From NCBI GenBank assembly GCA_947573965.1, contig CANPHV010000002.1:1-40822 (forward strand): 40,822 nt of DNA, written 5' to 3'. Below, piece after piece: positions 1 through 9,171 of this stretch. Numbering within the stretch: the stretch's first letter is position 1; each line of letters begins with the position of its first letter. The translations under genes and the position numbers were made by a program. A model generated the notes under the pieces. That model saw nothing but the letters and a program-made list of their open reading frames with translations. It was not told where the DNA came from and did not search any database. This DNA comes from an uncultured Clostridium sp. Its GTDB lineage: Bacteria > Bacillota > Clostridia > TANB77 > CAG-508.

Positions 1-58
1 GTTTATAGGTAAATCCTCTAACTAAAAACCTAAATACATTATACAAGGAGAAAAACAA

Positions 59-706
59 ATTTTAAACCCAATTATAAATTTAATTTATCCACCAACTTGC
101 GGAATTTGTGGAAAACTTAGCCCTAATTTTTTATGTAAGAAATGCCAAATTATATTAGAGAAACAAGCCAAATTTGAAATTGAAAAACATCAAAATAGTC
201 TAGCTTATTTTGAGAGACACTTATATATTTTCGAATATCAGGGAATGATAAGAAAGTTTCTTATTCATTATAAATTTAATGACCAATCTTATTTATATTT
301 AACAATTGTAAATTTTTTGTTAAAAAATAAAAAAATCTTTGAAATTTTAAAATCTTATGATACAATAATACCAGTTCCAATAAGCAAAAAAAGAAGAAAA
401 GAAAGAGGTTATAATCAAAGCGAATTAATCGCTAGGGAAATAGCCAAAAGAACGCAAATTACTTACAACAATCAATGCCTTTTTAAGACCAAAAATATTG
501 TGGAACAAAGTAAATTAAATAAAGAAGAAAGACAAAAAAATATACAAGGGGTATATGAAATACGTAATGTACAAATACTAAAAAATAAAAAAATTTTATT
601 GGTGGATGATATCTATACAACAGGTAGTACTGCCAATGAATGTTGTAAAATTTTAAGTCAAGCAAATCCACAGAAAATAGACGTATTTACGATTGCAAAA
701 GATTAA
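59..706 (+). CDS. comFC: ComF-family competence protein (ComFC-like, PRTase fold); 5' end uncertain
   Basis: Frame 2 is open from nt 26. The double CxxC zinc finger (YPPTCGICG...LCKKCQ, ~86-148) lies upstream of the first ATG (245) used by the ORF track. C-terminal PRTase motif KILLVDDIYTTGST. AAGGAG at 45-50 sits 8 nt before an ATT at 59. No ATG/GTG/TTG is available upstream of the zinc finger. Confidence 0.7.
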   Translation: MLNPIINLIYPPTCGICGKLSPNFLCKKCQIILEKQAKFEIEKHQNSLAYFERHLYIFEYQGMIRKFLIHYKFNDQSYLYLTIVNFLLKNKKIFEILKSYDTIIPVPISKKRRKERGYNQSELIAREIAKRTQITYNNQCLFKTKNIVEQSKLNKEERQKNIQGVYEIRNVQILKNKKILLVDDIYTTGSTANECCKILSQANPQKIDVFTIAKD

Positions 707-720
707 TAAGGAGGAAAACG

Positions 721-2712
721 ATGGAAGATTTAGTAGAAAGCATATTAGACTATGTAAGGTCAGATTACACAGACTATGCTATTATGATAAATGGAGAATG
801 GGGCTCTGGAAAGACACATTTCTGGAATAACAAGATTAGAAAGAAAATTGAGTCATTGCAATTAAATGGAAGACGATATACAACCATTTATATGTCTTTA
901 TATGGAATATCAAACCTAGAAGAAATCAGTAAAAAAATATTCATTGAAACCACTCAGTTGATGGACAAGAATTTAAGAAAATTTATGGATGCCAATGGAC
1001 AAACTACCATTCCAGAATATGCGAAAACAGGAATTGACATGGCTAACTTTTTTGGTGTTACACAAAATGGCGATAGAGTAGACTATGGAGAGTTTTTTTC
1101 GACAGACGACAAAGTATTATGCTTTGATGACTTAGAAAGAGCGAATGTAGACGTTATTGATATTTTGGGGTATATCAACAATTTCGTAGAACATGACCAC
1201 ATAAAAACCATTATTATTTGTAATGAAAAAGAACTTTCTACTAAGTTAAAAAGTTCAAACCTTGAGATGAAAACGTTTATTGCTACTTATCTTTTGGATA
1301 AGCAAGATGAATTAAATAAGTCAGACAAGCCAATGGTAGAAAAAATCCAAGATAAAATTGAACACGTTTTTGATAAAGCCAATGATTATGAAAGAATTAA
1401 AGAAAAGTTAATAGGAGAAACCTTTGAATATGCACCAAAATTTGATTATATCATCAATGGAATTCTAATGCGTTATGAAAATAATCCAGACTTAATTCGA
1501 TTTTTACGTGAAAATACAGGACTTATTATAGCAACTTTTAACAAAAGTGGAACCAGAAACTTAAGAATTTTGAAACATGCGTTAAATGACTTCAAGAAAA
1601 TCTATGAAATGGTAAATAAATCTTATCCCAATACAAACCATAGAGTAATGCAGACAATGCTTATCTTTACGATTGCCATTTCTTTTGAAATCAAGGCAGG
1701 AAAGATAACCAAAGACAAATTTATTAACATTAAAGACAACGAAGAGTATAAGTCAATTTTGGTATCTTCTAGAATATTGATGGATAATAGGCAGTTCTAT
1801 ATTAAAGAATTTGATAATAACTATTACTATAACTTCAAGTCAGAATATCGTTTCTTTAAATTCATAGAATTTTATATCAGAACTCGTATTTTTGATATGA
1901 AATTATTTAAGGATAACATGGAAACCATTCGAAATACAGTTGATACAGAGAATTTGCCTGGTTATAAAAGACTACTTACAGAAGAATATTGGAAAATTTC
2001 AGATGACCAATTTACAGGGGTTATTGGAGAAGTAATGGATGACGTAAAAGAAGGGAAATTAACCTTGATTGATACTGTAAAATTATTTGCTTATTTTAGT
2101 TATTTTTCAAGAAAAGGTTTAATTGAGTATGATTTAAAAACGTTAAAAAGTGTATTTTTCAATGGAATGAACATAGCCTCACTATCATCAGAATATTGTG
2201 ACAATCCAAAAGAAGAATTAGGAAAAATAGCAATCGAAGAAGTAGAAGAGGATATGGAGGAAATTTTAAAACATTTCAATATGTTAAATGAACAATTGCT
2301 AGATAAAATGTACAAAGAAAAAGCAGAAGATGTCATGAAATGTATTCCAATGCGAATGGAACAATTCTATGAGAAATTTGATAAAGAATGTATGGAAATT
2401 CCAATCTTTAAGTATTATGACCCATTCCAATTATTCCAAAGAATTTCTTGCGCTAGCAATGAAGACATTGTGCTAATTAAAGAAAAACTAACTGATAGAG
2501 CTAATCGCCATACCAAACAAATTGAGCCAGAAATGAAAAATATTAAACAATTAAAACAAATTATTGACGATTATCTAAAAGGAAAAGACCCAACCATTAA
2601 AATTGTTATGTTAAAAGAGTTTTCAAAAGATATGGGATACATTTTAGATAAATATAAAGTTGGTTTTTTATCTAAAAAAGAGGATAGAGTTAGTGAGGAA
2701 GAGGAAGCGTAG
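721..2712 (+). CDS. KAP-family P-loop NTPase
   Basis: 663 aa. Walker A GEWGSGKTHFW near the N-terminus and Walker-B-like VLCFDDLERA. The long helical C-terminal region is typical of KAP NTPases. AAGGAGG RBS upstream of the ATG. Confidence 0.7.
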   Translation: MEDLVESILDYVRSDYTDYAIMINGEWGSGKTHFWNNKIRKKIESLQLNGRRYTTIYMSLYGISNLEEISKKIFIETTQLMDKNLRKFMDANGQTTIPEYAKTGIDMANFFGVTQNGDRVDYGEFFSTDDKVLCFDDLERANVDVIDILGYINNFVEHDHIKTIIICNEKELSTKLKSSNLEMKTFIATYLLDKQDELNKSDKPMVEKIQDKIEHVFDKANDYERIKEKLIGETFEYAPKFDYIINGILMRYENNPDLIRFLRENTGLIIATFNKSGTRNLRILKHALNDFKKIYEMVNKSYPNTNHRVMQTMLIFTIAISFEIKAGKITKDKFINIKDNEEYKSILVSSRILMDNRQFYIKEFDNNYYYNFKSEYRFFKFIEFYIRTRIFDMKLFKDNMETIRNTVDTENLPGYKRLLTEEYWKISDDQFTGVIGEVMDDVKEGKLTLIDTVKLFAYFSYFSRKGLIEYDLKTLKSVFFNGMNIASLSSEYCDNPKEELGKIAIEEVEEDMEEILKHFNMLNEQLLDKMYKEKAEDVMKCIPMRMEQFYEKFDKECMEIPIFKYYDPFQLFQRISCASNEDIVLIKEKLTDRANRHTKQIEPEMKNIKQLKQIIDDYLKGKDPTIKIVMLKEFSKDMGYILDKYKVGFLSKKEDRVSEEEEA

Positions 2713-2714
2713 AG

Positions 2715-4679
2715 ATGGAAAAAGAGTATAACCAAGCAAAATACTTAAAGTTATTGAGTAAAGAATATAAAAATATCAATGAAGTAGCAGAAGAAATCAT
2801 TAATTTACAAGCCATCCTTAATTTGCCAAAAGGAACCGAAATATTTTTAAGTGATATCCATGGAGAATATGAGCCATTTGTGCATATTTTGAACAATGGT
2901 GGTGGCATTATTAAAAGCAAAATTGATGATATTTTTGGCGAAACGATTACCGCAAAAGAAAGAGCCACACTTGCTACCTTAATTTATTATCCGAAAGAAA
3001 AGTTGAAATTAATGAAAAGTGAAATACAAAATTTAGAAGAATGGTATACAATTATTTTATATCGACTAATCGAAGTGGCTAGAAAAGTTAGTTCGAAATA
3101 TACAAGGTCAAAAGTTAGAAAAGCTATCAATAATGATTTTGAATATGTGATTGATGAATTATTGCATTCACAGGCAAGTGACGAAAATGACAAAGAAAGA
3201 TATTACAAAGCAATAATTAAAAATATGATTGATTTAAAACAAGCTGAGAGCTTTATTATAGCAATTTCTAATTTAATTAAAAGAATGGCAATTGACCATT
3301 TACACATCATTGGAGATATCTTTGATAGAGGAAAACATCCAGAGTTAGTAATCGAAGAATTAAAAAAATTTCATAGTATTGATTTGCAATGGGGAAATCA
3401 TGATATTTGTTGGATGGGAGCAAGCCTTGGAAATAAGGCTTGTATTGCTAATGTAGTCAGAAATTGTGCTAGATATAACAACATAGAAATTTTAGAAGAA
3501 GCTTATGGAATTAATACAAGACCACTTTCTACATTTGCCACACAAATGTATCAAAACGACCCATGCACTCATTTTAAACCTAAATCTTATAGCGATACTA
3601 AATATGATAATACCGATAAAGCAATTATTGCTAAAATTCATAAAGCGATAACAATTATTCAATTTAAATTAGAAGGGCAACTTATCCAAAAACATCCAGA
3701 ATATCACTTAGAAAATCGACTTTTATTGGATAAAATGAATTTAAAAGAAGGTAATGTTCTTTTAGATGGCAAAAAATATCCATTAAATGATACGAATTTT
3801 CCAACCGTCAAGCTAGACAATGCTTATCAATTAACAGAAGCAGAGGAGGAAATAGTAGAAAGATTATGTGAGTCTTTTAAGCATAGTGCAAAATTACAAG
3901 AGCATATGAAGTTTATCTACCAAAAGGGAGAACTATATACCAAATTTAATGCCAATTTATTGTTTCATGCTTGCATTCCAATGGAAGAAAATGGAGACTT
4001 CCAAGAGGTGGAATTTTTAGGGGAAAAAGTAAAAGGCAAAGAATATTTAGATAAAGTAAATGAAGCCATTAAAAAAGTATATTTTTATCCTGATACACAA
4101 AAAGAAGATGAATTGGATGCTATGTGGTTTTTGTGGCTTTCACCGAATTCACCATTTTTTGGAAAAAGCAAAATGCCTACGTTTGAAGCTTATTTTATTG
4201 ATTCTGCAGAAACACATAAAGAAGAAAAAAATCCGTATTTTTATTTATCTGCCAAAGAGGAAATTTGCAATAAAATTTTTAAAGAGTTTGGCTTGGAAAA
4301 TCAGGAAGCCCATATTGTAAATGGGCATATACCAGTCAAAGCAAAAGAGGGAGAAAGTCCAATTCGTGCTAATGGAAAATTATTGGTGATTGATGGTGGT
4401 TTTGCTAAAAGTTATCAAGAAAAAACAGGAAATGCTGGTTACATATTAACGTATAATTCTTATGGCTTGTTATTGAGTCAGAACAAACCTTTTGAGTCAG
4501 TTGAAAAAGCCATAAAAGAAGAAAAAGATATCATTTCTGAAATTGTTGTAAAAAAGACTGGTGTAATTCGTAAAACGGTGGGAGATACTGATATTGGACA
4601 AAAATTGAAGAGCGAAATAGAAGATTTGCTAGAATTATTAAAATTTTACGAATCTGGACAAATAAAACAAATTAACTAA
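2715..4679 (+). CDS. fbp: Fructose-1,6-bisphosphatase, class 3 (Firmicutes type)
   Basis: 654 aa. N-terminus ...KYLKLLSKEYKNI..., metallophosphoesterase motifs FLSDIHGEYEPF and QWGNHD. Length and collinearity match class 3 FBPase. Start is 3 nt after the KAP gene stop (translational coupling). Confidence 0.9.
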   Translation: MEKEYNQAKYLKLLSKEYKNINEVAEEIINLQAILNLPKGTEIFLSDIHGEYEPFVHILNNGGGIIKSKIDDIFGETITAKERATLATLIYYPKEKLKLMKSEIQNLEEWYTIILYRLIEVARKVSSKYTRSKVRKAINNDFEYVIDELLHSQASDENDKERYYKAIIKNMIDLKQAESFIIAISNLIKRMAIDHLHIIGDIFDRGKHPELVIEELKKFHSIDLQWGNHDICWMGASLGNKACIANVVRNCARYNNIEILEEAYGINTRPLSTFATQMYQNDPCTHFKPKSYSDTKYDNTDKAIIAKIHKAITIIQFKLEGQLIQKHPEYHLENRLLLDKMNLKEGNVLLDGKKYPLNDTNFPTVKLDNAYQLTEAEEEIVERLCESFKHSAKLQEHMKFIYQKGELYTKFNANLLFHACIPMEENGDFQEVEFLGEKVKGKEYLDKVNEAIKKVYFYPDTQKEDELDAMWFLWLSPNSPFFGKSKMPTFEAYFIDSAETHKEEKNPYFYLSAKEEICNKIFKEFGLENQEAHIVNGHIPVKAKEGESPIRANGKLLVIDGGFAKSYQEKTGNAGYILTYNSYGLLLSQNKPFESVEKAIKEEKDIISEIVVKKTGVIRKTVGDTDIGQKLKSEIEDLLELLKFYESGQIKQIN

Positions 4680-4759
4680 TTTTTTTATTTTTATGCATAA
4701 TTTTTTTTCCTTTTAGTCATAATAGAAATATAAACAAAAAAATGACGAGGAGGAAAATT

Positions 4760-5314
4760 ATGAAAGCAACTGGAGTTGTAAGAAGAATAGATGATTTGGG
4801 AAGAGTCGTTATCCCAAAGGAAATAAGAAAAACATTAAGAATTAAAGAAGGAGACCCATTAGAGATATTTACAGATAGAGAAGGTCAAGTGATATTAAAG
4901 AAATATTCTCCAATTGGTGAGCTTTCAGAATTTGCAGCAGGTTATGCTGAAACGCTTTCGAAAACAACAGGTCATATTGCATGTATTACTGACAAAGATA
5001 CAATTATTGCCGTATCTGGAGGTTCTAAAAAAGAATTTTTAGAGCAAGATATTAGCCAAGAGTTAGAGCAATTGATGGAGGATAAAGAAGTTTATACTAG
5101 CAAAGAAAATAGTAATATGGCGATGCCAATTACAAAAAATGATAGTCAAGAAAGAAAAAATAACGCACAAGTGGTGTATCCGATTGTTTCTAATGGAGAT
5201 ACAATTGGTACTGTGATTTTAATGGCAAAAGAACCAAATGGTCAAATGAATGATGTGGAAAAGAAGGTAGCACAATCAGCAGCAACATTTTTGGGAAGTC
5301 AAATGGATATATAA
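4760..5314 (+). CDS. spoVT: Stage V sporulation protein T (AbrB-type N-terminal domain + GAF-like C-terminal domain)
   Basis: MKATGVVRRIDDLGRVVIPKEIRKTLRIKEGDPLEIF is the AbrB/SpoVT swapped-hairpin signature; ~184 aa. GAGGAGG RBS precedes ATG 4760, whereas the ORF-track ATG at 4742 has no RBS. Confidence 0.85.
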   Translation: MKATGVVRRIDDLGRVVIPKEIRKTLRIKEGDPLEIFTDREGQVILKKYSPIGELSEFAAGYAETLSKTTGHIACITDKDTIIAVSGGSKKEFLEQDISQELEQLMEDKEVYTSKENSNMAMPITKNDSQERKNNAQVVYPIVSNGDTIGTVILMAKEPNGQMNDVEKKVAQSAATFLGSQMDI

Positions 5315-5320
5315 AAATAA

Positions 5321-5362
5321 AACACATTTCAAACTCTTACTTTAGAGCTTAAGAAATGTGTT
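5321..5362. terminator. Bidirectional hairpin between convergent spoVT and XRE genes
   Basis: AACACATTTC (5321-5330) pairs with GAAATGTGTT (5353-5362), followed by a T-run. It overlaps the last codons of the minus-strand gene. Confidence 0.5.
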
Positions 5363-5573
5363 TTTTGTTGTCTTTATCATCTGAAATACCAACTAAGTAA
5401 TCAATAGAGGTTTTATAATATTTGGCTAGGGTAATTAAGTGTTGAATTGGAATGGTTCGATTTCCTTTTTCATATTCGGAATAATATTGCTGTGAAATTC
5501 CCAATAATTTAGCAATGTCTTTTTGGTATTTGTCGTTATCTTCACGTAAGTCTTTTATCCTTTTGAATTTCAT
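5349..5573 (-). CDS. XRE-family helix-turn-helix transcriptional regulator
   Basis: 74 aa. ...YQKDIAKLLGISQQYYSEYEKGNRTIPIQHLITLAKYYKTSIDYLVG is a canonical HTH_3 domain. Confidence 0.8.
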   Translation of the reverse strand: MKFKRIKDLREDNDKYQKDIAKLLGISQQYYSEYEKGNRTIPIQHLITLAKYYKTSIDYLVGISDDKDNKKHIS

Positions 5574-5820
5574 ATTTTCCTCCTGTTTTGTAAGATGTAC
5601 AAATGAGTATAATTAATACAATATTTTGATATTTTTATTGTAACAAAAATATCAAAAACTCTAAAAGAATACATAAAAAAATATGTACATTACAAGAAAA
5701 TTACGGAATTATTATTTTTATGTAACAATTTGTTTATCTATTGAAAAAAATAAGACAATAAGATACAATAAGTACACATAAAAATATGTGAAAAATAAAT
5801 AAGAGGAAGGAAAGAGGAAA

Positions 5821-6627
5821 ATGAAGAAAAGGATTTTAATGGGAATTATTATGTTTGTTATCATAGGAATATTGGGACAAACAAACAAAGTAGAGGCGGC
5901 TTTGCAATCTAATGGGGGAACGCCATTGCAAGCTAACTTGAATGATTGGGTTTATTATACAAGACAAATGCAAGCAACAGGAGGAACTTTGGGATTGACT
6001 GACACAATAAATGAAGACTTAACAAGTAGCAATAAGAATTTGGATATTCATATGCAAAAAAATACAGAATATGGAGCAATGACAATTTTATCAGCATCAG
6101 CTTATGGAAATCCAGAGAAAATAGAGAATGGAGGAACTACTACTGGAAATGCTTCAGGGGTAGTTGTAAATTTAAATGGAGAATGGGTAGCAGCAGGAAG
6201 AAGTGATACAAGTATAAATAGTATGAAAACAGCAAAAGCAAGATATTGGAACAATTATGGAGAGGGAAATGGAAGCAATGGTAAAAGTGGAGATGCATTA
6301 GGAGAGACAAATGGATGGCATGGAAGTACTGGTAATAATTGGCTTAGACATCATTGTGGTGTTAATGCTACTGCTAATGCTTATAATGGACCAATGGGAG
6401 AATGTGCTTTTGTTCGTTCGTTACAAAGTGGTATTTTTACTTTTAGTGGATTATCCTATTATTGTACACATACAGGTGATTATGGTTATGTAGGACGTAG
6501 TCCACGTTGTGCTTTCCATGGTGGAATAGGAAATCAAGCTTGGCATTGTGGTGAGTGTGAAAAGGAAGGGTATTATACTAAGTCACATTCTGGAAGAGCT
6601 GTTGTAGTAGTAGGAAGTGGCGTATAA
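5821..6627 (+). CDS. Secreted Cys-rich protein of unknown function
   Basis: Signal peptide MKKRILMGIIMFVIIGILGQTNKVEA|A and a strong RBS (AGAGGAAGGAAAGAGGAAA). The C-terminal third has 8 Cys (HHCG...GECAF...YYCTH...PRCAF...WHCGECEKEG). No family recognised. Confidence 0.6.
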   Translation: MKKRILMGIIMFVIIGILGQTNKVEAALQSNGGTPLQANLNDWVYYTRQMQATGGTLGLTDTINEDLTSSNKNLDIHMQKNTEYGAMTILSASAYGNPEKIENGGTTTGNASGVVVNLNGEWVAAGRSDTSINSMKTAKARYWNNYGEGNGSNGKSGDALGETNGWHGSTGNNWLRHHCGVNATANAYNGPMGECAFVRSLQSGIFTFSGLSYYCTHTGDYGYVGRSPRCAFHGGIGNQAWHCGECEKEGYYTKSHSGRAVVVVGSGV

Positions 6628-6693
6628 AAATAAATAGTCACAGAATTAGAAAAACAGATTAAATAAAAAATAAAGAAAAGGAAAAAGAGGAAA

Positions 6694-8962
6694 GTGGGAA
6701 AAAAAGAAACAAAAAAACAACTTAATATCTCAGGAATCACACTAATAGCCTTAGTTATAACAATTATCGTTCTTTTAATCATTGCAGGAATCAGCATCAA
6801 TGCCTTATTTGGAGAAAACGGCTTACTCAAAAAAAGTGAAGAAGCCAAATTCAAAGCAAAAATGTCGGCAATAGCAGAAGAATGGAAATTGTATGTAGCA
6901 GACTGTTTGGCAGAATATCCACCAACAGTAGATATTAACGAACTTTTTGCAGGAGGAACCATACTTTATGATATCATAGCAGACGAAGAAATAGAAATGG
7001 ATCTAGGAAGTATTAGAGATATAAGAAAAATAACAAAAGAAATGGAAGACGAGCAAGAAAAATACTCAATGGCATTTGAAGGAGAATTCTACTATGTTTC
7101 TCAAAAAACAATACCGAATAACCAAAAACAAGTACAATGGTGTCAAGAAATAGGAATTAAGATATGGGAATACACAGGTAGATCAGACAGCAAAGTAGTA
7201 AATGGAGATTATAAAAACATTAAACGGAGTGTATTTATGTACGCCAAAACTAGATACAGGATTTGTAAAAGAAAAAACTAGATACATAACAGAAAGAGAT
7301 GGGAACTTAATACCAGGAAATTGGATATTAAAAGCTCCAGAAGAAGATTGGTATGACTATAAAAATCAAAAATGGGCAAATTTGTATGTAGAAAGTGAAG
7401 GAATTGAAAGTTACTATGTTTGGATTCCAAGATATGTCTATAAAATAGCAGAAAATGAAAGAATGGACGTAAAATTTGTAGACACTAACAACAATTTTAC
7501 GGATGCAGAGACAGAACAAGTTACAACATGGCAAACATTGCAACAACAAGGATATCAAGTGCCAGAAGCCTTTTACTTTGGAGACAATGAAGAAGGAGAA
7601 AAGAACACAGCCATACCAGGCTATTGGATGTCAAAATACCAGTTATCAGATTTAAGCAATGATGACCCTTATACAATAGACTTTGCAACCACAGCAACAC
7701 CAGGAACGATAACAATAAAAGACATAAAAACCAGTACAGATAAAGGAATTGCAAAATACCAATATGCCTTAAATGGAAAAATTGTACATGAAAGTACAGA
7801 GCCAGAAAATCATGTATTAAAAGATTTGGCCAAAGGAAATAAAGCAATCAACGTAAGTGCTTTGGATGATAAAGGGCAAATCGTCGGAAGTATGACAAAA
7901 CTGTATGAATTAGCAGACGTAAATACTCCAGATCTAACAGGATTTGACCAAGATACTACATTCTATGTATATTGGGATGAAAACGGTGTAGAGCATAATG
8001 AAGTACCAATCAATCAAACAGCGCCAAATGAATGGTACGACTATGGAATTAGAAGTTGGGCTAATATTGTAACAAGAAATAATGGATTAGAAACTTATTT
8101 GGTATGGGTACCAAGATATGAATATACACTAGACGCAAGAAGTCAAAGGTCTTATGTAAGATTTATCAAAGGGACAGGAACAGACACAACAGAAGGATAC
8201 CAAATACCAGAAGCCTTTACTTGGGGGGATGACGGAAGTACACAGCTAAAAGGTTATTGGATGACCAAATATCAAATTAGTGACGATAGTAATCCAAAAA
8301 TGACAGCAGAATTATCAGCAGGAAGTGATGTAATAAGGGTAAAAAATATAGCAGGTTCAGCTATGACAGAAAACATAAAGTTCGAATATTACATTAATGG
8401 AAGTAAAGTACATGAAGGAACAAACAAAGCAGAAAACTATGTCTATACAGGATTAGAAGGAAATAAAACTTATACAGTAAATATCATAGCTCGAAATGCA
8501 AATACCAATGCTTATATTGCAGCAGTAACGAAAAAAATAGAAACCATAGGTGGAAATGCACCAGTATTAACTGGATTTAATGAAAGTAGAACCTATTATG
8601 TGACATTTGATGAAAATGGAGACAATATGAAGGTAGGAGATAAAATCAAAAACGATGGAAGCAATGCACCAAAAGATTGGTATGATTATAGTAGTAGAAA
8701 ATGGGCTAATATTGTAGTAACAGATGGAACAGTAGCCGATGGAAAAATAACAGGAGCAACAACAACAAGCTATTTTGTATGGATACCAAGATATCAATAT
8801 AGCTTAGATACCGTAAATCAAAGAACGAATGTAAAATTAATCAGTGGAACAGGAACACAGACCCAAGCAGGATATCAAATACCAGAAGCCTTCACCTGGG
8901 GCGATGATAATCAGGTGCAATTACCAGGATACTGGATGTCGAAATATCAAATGAGTAATTAG
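6694..8962 (+). CDS. Surface protein with pilin-like N-terminal hydrophobic segment and three tandem ~130-aa WxDY/VWIPRY/GYWMxKYQ modules; needs +1 shift at CGG 7225-7227
   Basis: ORF-track ORFs 6694-7281 (frame 1) and 7202-8962 (frame 2) join at the in-frame CGG. Reading GGA from 7226 gives ...YKNIK-G-VYLCTPKLDTGF..., parallel to the starts of modules 2 and 3 (NTPDLTGF, NAPVLTGF). The frame-2 ATG at 7202 has no RBS and is preceded by TAG TAA. N-terminus GITLIALVITIIVLLIIAGISINALFGENGLLKK. GTG start with AAGAGGAAA RBS. Confidence 0.7.
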
Positions 8963-9014
8963 AAAATGTGCCAAAAGGAAGTTAGTGAAAACGGACTTCT
9001 TTGGCACATTTTTT
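8963..9014 (+). terminator. Rho-independent terminator
   Basis: AAAATGTGCCAAA (8963-8975) pairs perfectly with TTTGGCACATTTT (9000-9012), with inner GAAG/CTTC pairing and a T-run. Confidence 0.75.
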
Positions 9015-9171
9015 CGATACAAGATAATTATGCAATATGGATGAAGAATAAGAATTCATGAAAAAAATAATGTTAACAAGTTTACAGAAGTTTTTTTACT
9101 TTGATAAAATGCTCTAGGAATATTATTTTTTACAAAGGGAATAATAAAAAGAAACAAAGGAGGAAAAAGGA

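Noticed and set aside
98-103. CGG at 100-102 considered as a possible recoding site feeding the comFC frame
   Set aside because: It is in frame only in frame 1, which encodes nonsense upstream. The conserved zinc-finger Cys (TGC 98-100) immediately before GGA is already in the comFC frame, so no shift is needed.
4742-4759. ORF-track start of spoVT at 4742 (MTRRKIM...)
   Set aside because: The GAGGAGG RBS lies inside this extension, correctly spaced for ATG 4760, which gives the canonical MKATGVVRRIDDLGR N-terminus.
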